From Phoronis australis (taxonomy: Eukaryota; Animalia; Phoronida), in NCBI GenBank assembly GCA_002633005.1, contig NMRA01000162.1, forward strand, positions 1 through 35,909: a DNA stretch of 35,909 bases, given 5' to 3'. This document shows, in pieces, positions 24,428 through 35,763 of this stretch; position 1 is the stretch's first letter; every line of letters begins with the position of its first letter. The notes below the pieces were generated by a model. The model had not been told where the DNA came from, made no database searches, and worked only from the letters and a program-made list of their open reading frames with translations. The position numbers were made by a program, and so were the translations under genes.

Positions 24428-24526
24428 CTGAACCAATTGGGAAATCTCCTCAAACACCGTCGACTGAGTCGTATCAGGTGAGAACACCCGGTCAAAGTTG
24501 AAGTTTGTCTTCTTGCTCATTGTGCT
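24428..24526 (-). CDS. KIFC1: Kinesin-14 motor exon (STMSKKTNFNFDRVFSP...VFEEISQLVQ)
   Basis: F.FDRVF...Q..VFEEI..LVQ motif; 99 nt. Confidence 0.94.
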
Positions 24527-24881
24527 CTGCATAGACAAGGTAAGCGTTATGGTTTACCATCAACCTTGCACACATAAAACAACAGTAAATGATACCAAGC
24601 TTTGGGAGTATGCACAAATGCAGTTTTGTGTTCTTCCTTTTGAGTCACTCAAGCCGAATATAATAATTTATTTTCTGAGTCTCACTCTACAGCAAGTTTA
24701 AAACTGCACTTTTTCCAAGTATTCTTTAGTAAAGAAACAAATTAAAAGGTAACTGTGGACTTTCTATTAAACAATTCAATGTTCTCATATTACATATGTA
24801 TATTTTTAGTTCATAATGCTGGTTTGCGAACTCCTAGAAAATGATGGTATATTATTTAATATCACAGAACATCATTTTTAC

Positions 24882-25022
24882 CTCATCCAGAGCACCTGTC
24901 TGTGGTTTCTCAAGACAAATTGTGCTTTCGTCCGGGAAGTCAATGTGACTAATAGTGCCGTCGCTACCCACTAACTCATCACCCAATAGAGGGCGCATCC
25001 GACAGAAGACCCGGATGTTGCC
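24882..25022 (-). CDS. KIFC1: Kinesin-14 neck/motor start (GNIRVFCRMRP...)
   Basis: With the upstream exon forms LHNTIQELKGNIRVFCR, the kinesin-14 neck signature. Confidence 0.96.
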
Positions 25023-25571
25023 CTGCAGCAGAAAGACAATCATACAGCAAGGCAAGTAATACATTGGTGATTTACATCAGACTTTACCATGACATATGGA
25101 GCACTGACCGTACACAGGGAACACTGACCTTAAATTTACCCTTCAAACTTGAGACATGGACAAAAAAACATGACGGACTGACCTTGGATATGAGGCATTT
25201 GCCTTCAAAACATGTACTTCGAACCAGAAAAGAGGAAATCATGGACCTGGTCTAAAAGTGTGGGGGGGTCTTTTCTGGTTCAACTGAATGTCGCTTACGA
25301 ACTGAACTGCAAATTTACAGATAAAATAAGAGACTAGGAGGTTGAAATGTACCACTTGTTATCCCAACATAAATTTGTCGAATACTCTCAAATACAGGAT
25401 TTGTATAAAATTTGTACCAATTGTCTGACATAACTGCAGAGTCTCCATAGATTTTCGCGTTTCGCTGAGGTGCCCACGAAGACCATGCGTCCCTACAAGC
25501 CTGGTTATAAACCCACGCGTGCATGCACTCCTACAAGTTTCCTGCACACCCATAAATGTCAAGCATTTTAC

Positions 25572-25739
25572 CTTTAGCTCCTGAATAGTGTTGTGAAGCT
25601 GGCGCCGAGTGGTCTCATGTTCACGGGCTGCTGCCTGATACTCCTCTATGGTGGTCTCATGTCTAGCCACCAGGGCCTTCAGCTGGGCAATCTCTTCAGA
25701 CATCTGCTGACCAGTGGCCACACTTTGATCAAGGCTCAC
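25572..25739 (-). CDS. KIFC1: Kinesin-14 coiled-coil/neck exon (...RRQLHNTIQELK)
   Basis: Heptad pattern plus neck motif; 168 nt. Confidence 0.95.
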
Positions 25740-26513
25740 CTAAAGTGCATCAATTCTAATGAAAAAATTTGTTCGCTTGGCATTAGTGCTGCCATCTTGT
25801 ACAGACAACTTTGATGGTCTATCGTAATAATTGTCATATGTACCCTTATTTAAAAGGACACTAAATCCTGTTTTAATGATTTCAACCAATCCTCGTTCTG
25901 CAACATGCTAATGCATCATTGGTGTCAATCTTGAAAGATAAAGGCTGAAATCAATTAAAAACTCACACTCCTTGCTTCACAAATTGGATATTACCGTCCA
26001 TGGTGGGTGGTCTTTTCCCACAGTTGCCGTGTAATTTGATAAAAGCATAGGTCGTGCTTGTCCGTTAAGCAGACTTTGAACGAAGTTTTCAAATTTTCCT
26101 CCAAAGTTTTGAGGGTTGTTGATGGTTACGGAGCATTATTTTGTTTCTGACAAAGAACTGGATGAGGACAGTCGTTTTTTTGTATCCAATAACAGGCCAA
26201 AAGTGAATTTGGTATCCTTTTAGTATAGCTCAGTTTGAGAAATTTGTGATTTCAAACATTAGAAAATTAATTAAGAAGTGCATAAATAGCATAAACATTA
26301 ATAAGGGCCAAAGAATCAGGACTTCCATCAGGAGTACCCGTGGTATGATGACATACTCTCGCCATCGACAAAAACTGACCTGAGGTGCATAAAATCATGC
26401 TTCAGCCAGTAATAAACAAAGTTGGTCCACTGTCATCTAGACAGTAAAAATCAATGGTCGCACATAGCAAGCAGGCATCATGTTGCGAAAGGTCTTTTAT
26501 ACCAAATACATAC

Positions 26514-26724
26514 CTTGGTGGCAGACAGCTCTGCCTTAATGCCCTCCTGGGCAGATGTCAGTTGGGCAACAGTGGATTTAAGACCTGTCACCTCAGTGCG
26601 ACTGGCCTTCAATTCTCCCTCGATCGACTCCTTCTGACGCTGCAGCGACCCTTTTGTAAACTCGAGGTCTTCAATTTGGTGGCGGAAATCCCGCGAGGAA
26701 TTGCGGAGCTCTTCTTCCTTATCC
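26514..26724 (-). CDS. KIFC1: Kinesin-14 coiled-coil stalk exon (DKEEELRN...AELSATK)
   Basis: E/K/L heptads; CAG acceptor, GTATGT donor; phase 2 to 0. Confidence 0.9.
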
Positions 26725-26913
26725 CTGTCAAATAAAACACATTTCACTTCATGTTCTTCCCCTATCAACATCCACTATTAAATCTATTATTTTCAAGCTA
26801 ATTCAACATTACGGTAAAATCTCACGAAATTCCGAACAGACATCAAGTCATCTTTATGTTTCAAAGGCTTCTTATATCATCATAAGTGACCACCATTTTT
26901 ACGGAACATGGAG

Positions 26914-27141
26914 CAGGGCTTGGAATGACCAATGACAAAAAAGAGGAAATTTTCCAGGTTATGTATCGTTCCACAAACAAATATGCTTATGTAATAGAAA
27001 TATTTTTTGTGTTGTGAAATGCAACTGAATAAAGACAAAATAATGACAAAAAGACAAGAAAGAGAAAATCGAAAATCAAATACAAAGAAATCGAAATCAA
27101 AAAAAGAGGAAATCCCTTTAAAAGAGGAAAATTCCAAGCTG
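26914..27141 (+). mobile_element. hAT-like MITE, copy 1
   Basis: CAGGGCTTGGAAT ... ATTCCAAGCTG; internal AAAAGAGGAAA repeats; homologous to copies 2 and 3. Confidence 0.8.
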
Positions 27142-27602
27142 TTAGTGACATTTTCTGATGCTGTAGATAATTAGTCTAATTAAAAGCAATGTTATGCAAT
27201 TTTAGTGACTAGTGTATAATTAATTAAACATATTGGTTGTTTACCAAAATTTGTAACCTCCTAGGAGTTCATGGGAAGTGATTCACCACATGTCTGTTAC
27301 CAGTTGTGGGATGTTTATAATAACAATTGTGCCTTGTTTTGCAAGTTGTGTAACTTAAAGTCTTTGAAAACCTGTCAACTTTGGGATGAGGCATTTCCGA
27401 CAACAACAATAATCTGTTATTTGTCTATCGGAATTACTCAACTCTTGATTGTCCTGTGCCATAATTGGTAATGACTTGGGTTCATTGCTGGAGTTCAGCA
27501 GATTGATTCACAGAATTGGTTTGGAACCAGCGACCCTGTTCAGAGAATTGTTTTGGAACTAGATGTAGCACTTTGGAGGAAGTTTGTGGGTTTTCATGTT
27601 TT

Positions 27603-28595
27603 NNNNNNNNNNNNNNNNNNNNNNNNNNNNNNNNNNNNNNNNNNNNNNNNNNNNNNNNNNNNNNNNNNNNNNNNNNNNNNNNNNNNNNNNNNNNNNNNNN
27701 NNNNNNNNNNNNNNNNNNNNNNNNNNNNNNNNNNNNNNNNNNNNNNNNNNNNNNNNNNNNNNNNNNNNNNNNNNNNNNNNNNNNNNNNNNNNNNNNNNNN
27801 NNNNNNNNNNNNNNNNNNNNNNNNNNNNNNNNNNNNNNNNNNNNNNNNNNNNNNNNNNNNNNNNNNNNNNNNNNNNNNNNNNNNNNNNNNNNNNNNNNNN
27901 NNNNNNNNNNNNNNNNNNNNNNNNNNNNNNNNNNNNNNNNNNNNNNNNNNNNNNNNNNNNNNNNNNNNNNNNNNNNNNNNNNNNNNNNNNNNNNNNNNNN
28001 NNNNNNNNNNNNNNNNNNNNNNNNNNNNNNNNNNNNNNNNNNNNNNNNNNNNNNNNNNNNNNNNNNNNNNNNNNNNNNNNNNNNNNNNNNNNNNNNNNNN
28101 NNNNNNNNNNNNNNNNNNNNNNNNNNNNNNNNNNNNNNNNNNNNNNNNNNNNNNNNNNNNNNNNNNNNNNNNNNNNNNNNNNNNNNNNNNNNNNNNNNNN
28201 NNNNNNNNNNNNNNNNNNNNNNNNNNNNNNNNNNNNNNNNNNNNNNNNNNNNNNNNNNNNNNNNNNNNNNNNNNNNNNNNNNNNNNNNNNNNNNNNNNNN
28301 NNNNNNNNNNNNNNNNNNNNNNNNNNNNNNNNNNNNNNNNNNNNNNNNNNNNNNNNNNNNNNNNNNNNNNNNNNNNNNNNNNNNNNNNNNNNNNNNNNNN
28401 NNNNNNNNNNNNNNNNNNNNNNNNNNNNNNNNNNNNNNNNNNNNNNNNNNNNNNNNNNNNNNNNNNNNNNNNNNNNNNNNNNNNNNNNNNNNNNNNNNNN
28501 NNNNNNNNNNNNNNNNNNNNNNNNNNNNNNNNNNNNNNNNNNNNNNNNNNNNNNNNNNNNNNNNNNNNNNNNNNNNNNNNNNNNNNNNNNNNNNN
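27603..28595. other. Assembly gap (993 N)
   Basis: N run in the sequence. Confidence 1.
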
Positions 28596-29105
28596 GGTGC
28601 GCTTTAGATAACAGCACTACAGCAGTGCAAATGTGATGGAAGAACAGGAATCATGACTATGGAAAACGTTGATGGCTCTTAAAGGGCAATAAACGTGCGC
28701 ATTCTATCAAAACTAACTTTTGAGTGGTTACTGAATGCGCATGAAAAGAAATAATAAAACAAAATCCTTTTTTATTAAACACGCACACAGAACTCTAAGA
28801 TTAAGTAAGCTTGAACAATGTACACCACAATCAGAAAAAAAATCCAACCGTAGTGAAGTAGCCGAGAATTCTCAGTAAATTAAATCGAACTTTTGAACAA
28901 GATAGGATTGGTCATAGGTTGTAATCAATATCAAGTAAAAGATCACATATTACATTAAAGACAAGGTAGCAAATTCAACACCGTAACCAGTAATGAAGCC
29001 TTTTTTGTCACATGGCATTTTTCAAAAGCAAAAAAAGTAACACCCAATGTAAGGGAGAGACAATGGAAGCACGAGAAAAGCACAGCTCAAGGCACATTGT
29101 AATAC

Positions 29106-29270
29106 CAGCAGGTTTTGTTGTGACAGGCTTGCTGGATTGACGATTCGTTGAGGCTGTCGATTTGGATGATATAGATGAAGAGCTTGAGGTTTGACGTCTC
29201 ATTCCAACCACTGGAGCTGTTCGTGATGTCGTTGCGGTAGTCACTCGTTTAGTGGCAGTCTGCGAGGTGG
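29106..29270 (-). CDS. KIFC1: Kinesin-14 N-terminal tail exon (TSQTATKRVTT...KPVTTKPA)
   Basis: S/T/K/R-rich basic tail; TAG acceptor, GT donor; phase 1 to 1. Confidence 0.82.
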
Positions 29271-29578
29271 CTAGACAGGTAGACAGACAAATGATAAAAG
29301 CTGGATAAGCAAAGCTTTGTGCACAAAAGCACATAGGCTGGAACAGGGGTTGAGCATTATACAGCCGATGACATGCGTTCAAATCAAATCCAGTTAAATG
29401 CAATCATAAATGCACTTCATTTTGAAACCAAGACGCGGTTAAATTGGTCATACCTGCCTATATTTCGACTATGGACTGAGTTGCTTAAGTGCAAAGTAGA
29501 CCATGATTGTACCCTAATAATTCATGCAACATTCCGTTCAAATGTGTTGCATAAGCAACAAAGCTCACATGTTAACGC

Positions 29579-29819
29579 CATGGTTTGGAATGACCAATCG
29601 CAAAAAATTCCAGGTTACACATCGTTCCACAAATAAATAGGCTTGTGTGAAAGAAATACTTTTTGTGTTGTAAAATTTAACAGGAATAAATGGTTTTGCA
29701 TGAATAAAGTCAAAATAATGATAAAAGAGACGAAAAAAGAGGAAACTGCAAATCAAATAAAAGTAAATTGAAACCAAAAAAGAGGAAATCCTCTTGAACG
29801 AGGAAAATTCCAAGCCCTG
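29579..29819 (+). mobile_element. hAT-like MITE, copy 2
   Basis: CATGGTTTGGAAT ... ATTCCAAGCCCTG. Confidence 0.8.
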
Positions 29820-30678
29820 TAATGAAGTTGAGTACTATGGGGAGGATACAAAAGTAACTAGGCATCTGCCAAAATATCACCAGGTGTCACCAGTGTTACT
29901 CTTGTTTTCCACTCAACTTCCTCAATGTATAACGGGCAGATATTTGCATTTTATTGAACGACGGAATCTGAATCCTTTCAAGTTACTAGTAAGCATTGAA
30001 GCAAGCAGGAAGAATTGCTACGCTGCAACTTTCAAAGTATCTCGGTCAACCGAGATAGGGTGACTCCACAGTACTTGTCCTCTCCGTTACAAGAAAAAAT
30101 ATCAAGTATTCGCTTAGTTCGTCGCTCTATTCAGCTTAAAAATCTTGTCTTCTTGTGGTGAAGATATTTATGACAGAATCTCCATAACGACAAGAGTTGG
30201 TGGAAATGAATTGCGCGGTATTTTTCTTTACATAACGTGGCGACAACTAAATGTGGAATCACCTGATAAATGAAGTTAAGAAAACACGTCTCAGAACTCT
30301 TTGACAGTAGTATGGTATGTCTGCTTGTATCAACATACGTCTAATAAAACTTTGAAAATTACACTATGGTACATACATATATCATTTGCGAATAGTTGTT
30401 CTCTGGAAGATGAGGACATATACAAAGATTTCAAAAGAGCATGGTGCATGAAAGCCGCCAACCAACAGTGCTGTATGTGTGTACTCAATAAATGCTGTCT
30501 ACAAGAGGGACCAACAACTGCTGCAAAACTATTCACATCGCCCATAACATCCCATTCGATTGTCGTTCTCTTGATAAGGAATGCAATCTAATAAAATGCC
30601 ATTCAGCCTCATCAGTACCATGAGTACAGGCAAGCTTCACATTGACGTGCAAAGGCATACATTAATATTTCAATGTAC

Positions 30679-30775
30679 CTGTAGTTGGTTGTCGTGTCAT
30701 CACTGCAGTTTTTGGCTTTGCAGCTGGCTTGCAAATGGCACCTGGGGCGACTTTTGCTCGTTTTGCTGTAGGCTC
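30679..30775 (-). CDS. KIFC1: Kinesin-14 tail exon (EPTAKRAKVAPGAICKPAAKPKTAVMTRQPTT)
   Basis: Basic tail with NLS-like KRAK; canonical splice sites; phase 0 to 1. Confidence 0.85.
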
Positions 30776-30903
30776 CTATGGAAGGCACAAGGTTTGATTT
30801 ACGTCATGTGTACAAACAGGCTTCTTAACTAAAACCTTTAAGTAATCAAGTGGCAAAACTCAGGACATTAAACTTTGAAAGTCACCTGAATATCTATGTA
30901 CTA

Positions 30904-31123
30904 CAGGGCTTGGAATGACCTTTGACAAAAAGTTAAAAATTTTCCAGGTGATGTATTATTCCACAAATAAAAAAGCTTGTGTAAAATTTAACTGATATAA
31001 ACGTTTTTGCATGTATGAAATTAAAATAATGATAGAGATAAAAAAGAGAAAACTGGAAATCAAAGAGGAAATAGAAACCAAAAAAGAGGAAGTCCTCTTA
31101 AAAGAGGAAAATTAAAAGCCCTG
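30904..31123 (+). mobile_element. hAT-like MITE, copy 3
   Basis: CAGGGCTTGGAAT ... ATTAAAAGCCCTG; flanks GTACTA / GAACTA. Confidence 0.8.
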
Positions 31124-31196
31124 GAACTATTGTCTAAATATTACTTTTACAAACTTTATTAGACAAGATTCAGTGCTGTGGCCGTGAACATTAGTG

Positions 31197-31612
31197 TCGT
31201 CCAAACACAGACTTACCCTAGAACAAGTTACTCCTGGAACGAGTTGTCCCTAGGTTTAGTGGGTGTGGACGCTATTTAAACTAGTGCAACTTGTGATGAC
31301 TTGCTACGCCTTACCGAGGTAGGTAACTTGTTCTAGGATAATATACCCCACTTCTAATTCCTGTGTCACCGCAAACTTGGGGCAAGGCGGAAATAATTAT
31401 CAGCTGCAGTTACATACAGATGGGTTTTCTTTTGCGCGTCGTATTTGCATCAGGTGTTCATTGTTACGCACACAGTGACAACTTCCACCTTACCCTAGTA
31501 ATCGGATGCGTGTGTGTGTGCGTGTGTGTGTGTGTGTGGACACTCCAATAAAAAGTGTGGTAAGTTGCACTAGTGCAAGTATTCTTAGGGTAATGTAGGC
31601 TGTGTGTGGACA
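31197..31612. mobile_element. Degenerate palindromic MITE-like repeat containing a (TG)n microsatellite (~31507-31538)
   Basis: Perfect inverted pairs CCTAGAACAAGTTAC (31217) / GTAACTTGTTCTAGG (31323) and ACTAGTGCAACTT (31280) / AAGTTGCACTAGT (31562); recurring GTGTGGAC. Confidence 0.5.
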
Positions 31613-31699
31613 GGACTAAATTGTGTGACAATGGCAGTACAATGTGTGATGATCTAATTAGTATGCACACTCTGTATGAATGGACTAAACAAAACTTAC

Positions 31700-31825
31700 A
31701 GGGTCAGGACTCCTCGCTCGTTTTGTAGTGCTCGGCATTGGTAGCTTTGACCCTGGCCGAGCAATCTTACTGCCTGGCAGAGGGAGCCTACTGACAGTCT
31801 TGTTCGCATCTTTTAATGGTTGCCT
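31700..31825 (-). CDS. KIFC1: Kinesin-14 tail exon (RQPLKDANKTVSRLPLPGSKIARPGSKLPMPSTTKRARSPDP)
   Basis: TTGCAG acceptor, GTAAGT donor, 126 nt; SxLP/SKI motifs and NLS-like KRAR. Confidence 0.85.
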
Positions 31826-32126
31826 CTGCAAACAATAAGAATTCCAAGTTTCTGCAATCAAAGCAGTTGTATTCCTTGGTTAATGCATACAAGTGGTGAC
31901 AATCAAACAAGATGGCACACCAGAAACACAAGTCATTTTCAGTCATGCTAACTGTGACGCAAATTTGAATTCTGATTTGTTACAGTAGGGTCTGCTTCAT
32001 TTATGTTTTAGCATCTCTCAGCCCACCAGTGTTATAAAGCAAAAACAACGGCTTCTAAGCCTTAGTCTTAGACTAAAGGGTGTCTCACGTGACTTTGACG
32101 TTTTCATGACTGATGATAGGCAATGA

Positions 32127-32695
32127 TGTTTAATTCCTTCCAACTCGAACAAATACTCCCGTTATGAAACCTTTTCTTCGAGCAGTCCCTATTTCAGTTC
32201 CCAAAATCGTGAAATCAACATTTTCATTTTTTTAACCAGGCCTCAGGTCAGAAGTTGCGGACCTACCAGCGAAATTTGAAAGCCCTTCGCGTATGTGCTG
32301 CCGGGAACCAGCCGTGCATTTGCCGTGTTGTTAAACATTAAAATGTCAAATATGTGCACAAAGACTATTAAATGTCATATCAACAGCACTTATTTTTATC
32401 AAATACAAACAATAATTCATTGAAATACAATCAGTTTCAAGTAACACCAATTAAAGACAAATATAAGTGGTGGCATTTTGGAAACGAACATTTGACTGAC
32501 AAGACCGCAATGGCTCACCTTTGGCCTATTTAAAGATTGAGGTCATGAAGTCGCATCACCTAGTAAGTGCGTTAAAAATTGGAGCGTGCGCAGTATAAAA
32601 ATGGTGAGTTCACGATTTTGGGAACTGAAATAGGGACTGCTCGAAGAAAAAGTTTGATAATGGGAGTATTTGTTCGAGTTGGAAGGAATTAAACA
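32127..32695. repeat. 98-bp inverted repeat (32127-32224 / 32598-32695), 373-bp spacer
   Basis: Arms are reverse complements with 5 mismatches by manual count. Confidence 0.93.
32267..32338 (-). CDS. Candidate first coding exon of the kinesin (MFNNTANARLVPGSTYAKGFQISL)
   Basis: The only nearby ATG-to-GT (GTAGGT) segment I found in phase 0 with the 31825 exon; no homology support. Confidence 0.2.
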
Positions 32696-32770
32696 CATCA
32701 ACAACCTCCTCAGGTGTTCCTCTATGAGCAAAAGGTATTTATAACGTGACTTTGATGTTTTAGTCGGTGC

Positions 32771-32980
32771 GAGGCATAATTCGCCGAAAAGCTTCCGGCG
32801 TACAGAGCGCCTATAGCCTCTGCATCGCCTCTGGTTCGGGCCAACAGAGGCGATGGTCATTGCCTAGAGATGAGTGATTTGAGGCATAATTCGCCGAAAA
32901 GCTTACGGCCTATATGAAGTTCCTATATGAGCTTTACCGTCTCTACTGCGGCCAGCTAGAGACGGTGGTCACTGTCTAGC
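32771..32980 (+). repeat. Two 110-bp-period units, each ending in hairpin + CTAG
   Basis: GAGGCATAATTCGCCGAAAAGCTT at 32771 and 32881; hairpins 32823-32855 and 32936-32966; CTAG at 32864 and 32976. Confidence 0.85.
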
Positions 32981-35428
32981 CCTATCCGGCCAAGTCCAAG
33001 GCAATGACCATCGTCTGGTCTGTCGTTTAAAGTCACAAACAGAAGATCAAAAAGGCATTGAGCCACTAAATCAAGGTAAACGCATTGCTAATGGAATCGA
33101 TTGTTGATTTCAAATTTACTTATTTATGTATGTACGACAATTGACTGATTGAAGGAGATGCTTTTTGACAATTAGAAACGAATCGTTTAAGAAGTGACGA
33201 TGCTTCAGTGAACTTAGTTGCAGCCTGAAATATTGCAAAAATTCGATCATCACATCCCCAAATAGCAAAGTATGCTAAACGATTTTTTCTATCAGAAGTA
33301 CAGTCTCAAGGATATTGATGAATGTCGAACAGCTCTACAAAGTGTACTATGATGTTCTCACAATTAAAAAGGACAATAAATTGCTTGTTGACTTAGGAAT
33401 TAGAATAGTGGTTTGAATTCATAAGCCGAAGATCGAAATTTTTTTTTTTAAATTACTTAAATAAATAAATTCTAACTTATTGCAATTACTTGGTGTCTTT
33501 TTAATTTCCAGTAGTATTGGGTAATGAATTTTGTTCTTCAAAGCTGAATTGTTTCCATACCCTGATTCTCGTACATACTACACAGATAAAAACCGTAAAA
33601 CTTTTTGGTTCACCGCGGTTACTCGACTCTTGATGGCTGCATCCTTGGGATTGCCGCCCACTATAGAGCGGATTGGGGAGATTCGATACAAATGGTGGCA
33701 TCGGGATCACGGAGGGGGGGGAGGCGTGTTGGCGGAGGTGTTGGCAGTGGAGGCGGGGGTAGTTTGGTGAAGTCCAATTGGATTGCAACGCAAAAGCATA
33801 AAATCTGTTGTCATTTTTATTATAGTCAGTTATATCAACTCATACATGTCACAAGAAATAGCCTTAAATGTGTAAACTATCCGTTATTATTTCATACCAG
33901 TTATTCCATGAAGTCTTGGTGGTCAACAATAATAGCCAACGTCACAATGAAACTTGCCCCTCACTTACAAGAAATGTTGAATCATTTCCGAGACGCCTTT
34001 AATTTCACTTAAGGATTTCTTAGTCATCACGCTACCGGATATTGGCTACCAGTTTTTGAATGATCGTCAGTCGCTAATGTAGATTAAGACAAGTGCAAAC
34101 ACCACGATACCGATTTTTATATAACACCGTTGTAAACGAACGACGTGTTTTAAAAAAGCAAAAATTTAATTCAAGAGTATAATTTTCATATGTCCATGAA
34201 AAATACTACGAGCTGTATTTCTCGATTTTACCAAGCATGCTGATTGATAAAATTGCACAATGAGATTGTTTCTTGTCATAGGTAACAAACTACAGCTAAA
34301 AACTGACCCAACTAACGTGTTTTCAGTTTCCAAACAAATTATCTAGTTGCATTAATAAAATATCAAATAACTCTATAACTGCACTTGCTGAGCTGACGAA
34401 AATATTCAAAAATTATTATTTATACGTTAAACTAGGAAAAAATAATACGTTAGCTACAGATGAGGATACTTGAAAATCCTTGCGAATTTTTGAAGTGTCG
34501 AATTGACGCAATTCATTAGGGAATGGTTTATCAGCTGATTGCACGACCACCGATATTGCCGCCGCAACGGAGTGATCGATTATTTATGCTACAATTAATA
34601 TGCATGGTTAGATGTGACGTAAATAGTGGGTGTAATAGCAAAAGGGCAAAATATTTTTTAAAATTCCCTTTGATTTAGACGAGTCCAACCCCCCACCCTC
34701 CACACAAAACCATTGCAATTGTCGAGTTTTTCACGTAGTCATGTATATGCTACATTGGCCGCGTACTTGACGGTTGGTTATTTTTAGGACGTACGTGATC
34801 AGCGGGTAAAACGGCAAAACGACATAATCTCTTTCGTCTTGTTTAGATGAGTCCAACTCCCCGCCCCCACCACCACCACCACACACACTCCCTAGTTCCC
34901 CCTCCGGCCTCTCCGCGCTGAGTGCACGACAAACAGTATTACCAGCGCAAAGTCAGTCATTGTACTACACTGGCCATACTCGACCGGTATAGTTAGTTAT
35001 GAATTGATTAGCGGGTAAAACGGAAGAATCCCTTTTAATATTTTTTGTGCCACTAATATATACTTTCTGTTTTATGATTTCTTTTTTCATTTCAGAAGCC
35101 CTATCATGCATTTCTGACAACATGGCAAAATTAAACGGTAAAAGAGGACACGTGCTGTCAACATCATTTTCTGGTTGAATATACATACCGTGTTTATCAT
35201 GATACGACTGTGATTGCATGTGTTTTTTCTATCTATAGAACAGGCGCGGCGAACAGGTGGCTGAAAACTCTGTGATGTTGGTAAACGATAACCGATGTGT
35301 GCTTACGGAATTAAATTGGCGCAACGTCGTTTTTTGACGTCGGCCCCACTGCTCGCACCGTCTTCACCAATCGGCAGTGCTCTGTAGGTGTCGGATCACT
35401 AATGTCGGCTCAATCCTCCCTCCCCCCT

Positions 35429-35763
35429 CAGAGGCGGATCTACGGGGGGGTTCAGGGGGTTTAAACCCCCCCCCTCGGGCCAGGACCCAAAAATTAAAAA
35501 AACAAAAAACAAAACAAAAACGTCTCCAGCAAAACAAAAACGCCGGCACCGCCAGCGTGTGTAAACCCCAAGTAAACCAACCTGGAAAAAAATGAGGGGG
35601 GGTTCACTCTGAAAATATATTTTTTGCATTGTGAATTGCTGTTATGAAAATCAACGCGTTTCGAGTCTTCGTGGCTCATCGACAAAACCCCGGAGATCAA
35701 TTGTGCGCGCGCTTCCGACGACACTTCTGAAGTAGCCAAGCATTTTAGATGGATCCACCGCTG
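35429..35763. mobile_element. hAT-like MITE (CAGAGGCGGATC... type)
   Basis: Imperfect TIRs CAGAGGCGGATCTA / TGGATCCACCGCTG with G/C-run subterminal motifs; no target-site duplication seen. Confidence 0.55.

Noticed and set aside
26221-26240. TAGCTCAGTT A-box-like motif
   Set aside because: No B box or cloverleaf follows.
27516-28636. Four ~350-aa ORFs
   Set aside because: Artefacts of the N run.
32085-32107. ATG...GTGAGA as kinesin first exon
   Set aside because: 19 nt (phase 1) is incompatible with the phase-0 exon starting at 31825.
32519-32560. Strong donor AAG|GTGAGC as a coding first exon
   Set aside because: In-frame stop upstream with no ATG; at most a non-coding exon.
35364-35739. 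Overlapping ORFs at the right end
   Set aside because: They lie over the MITE and low-complexity A/C runs.
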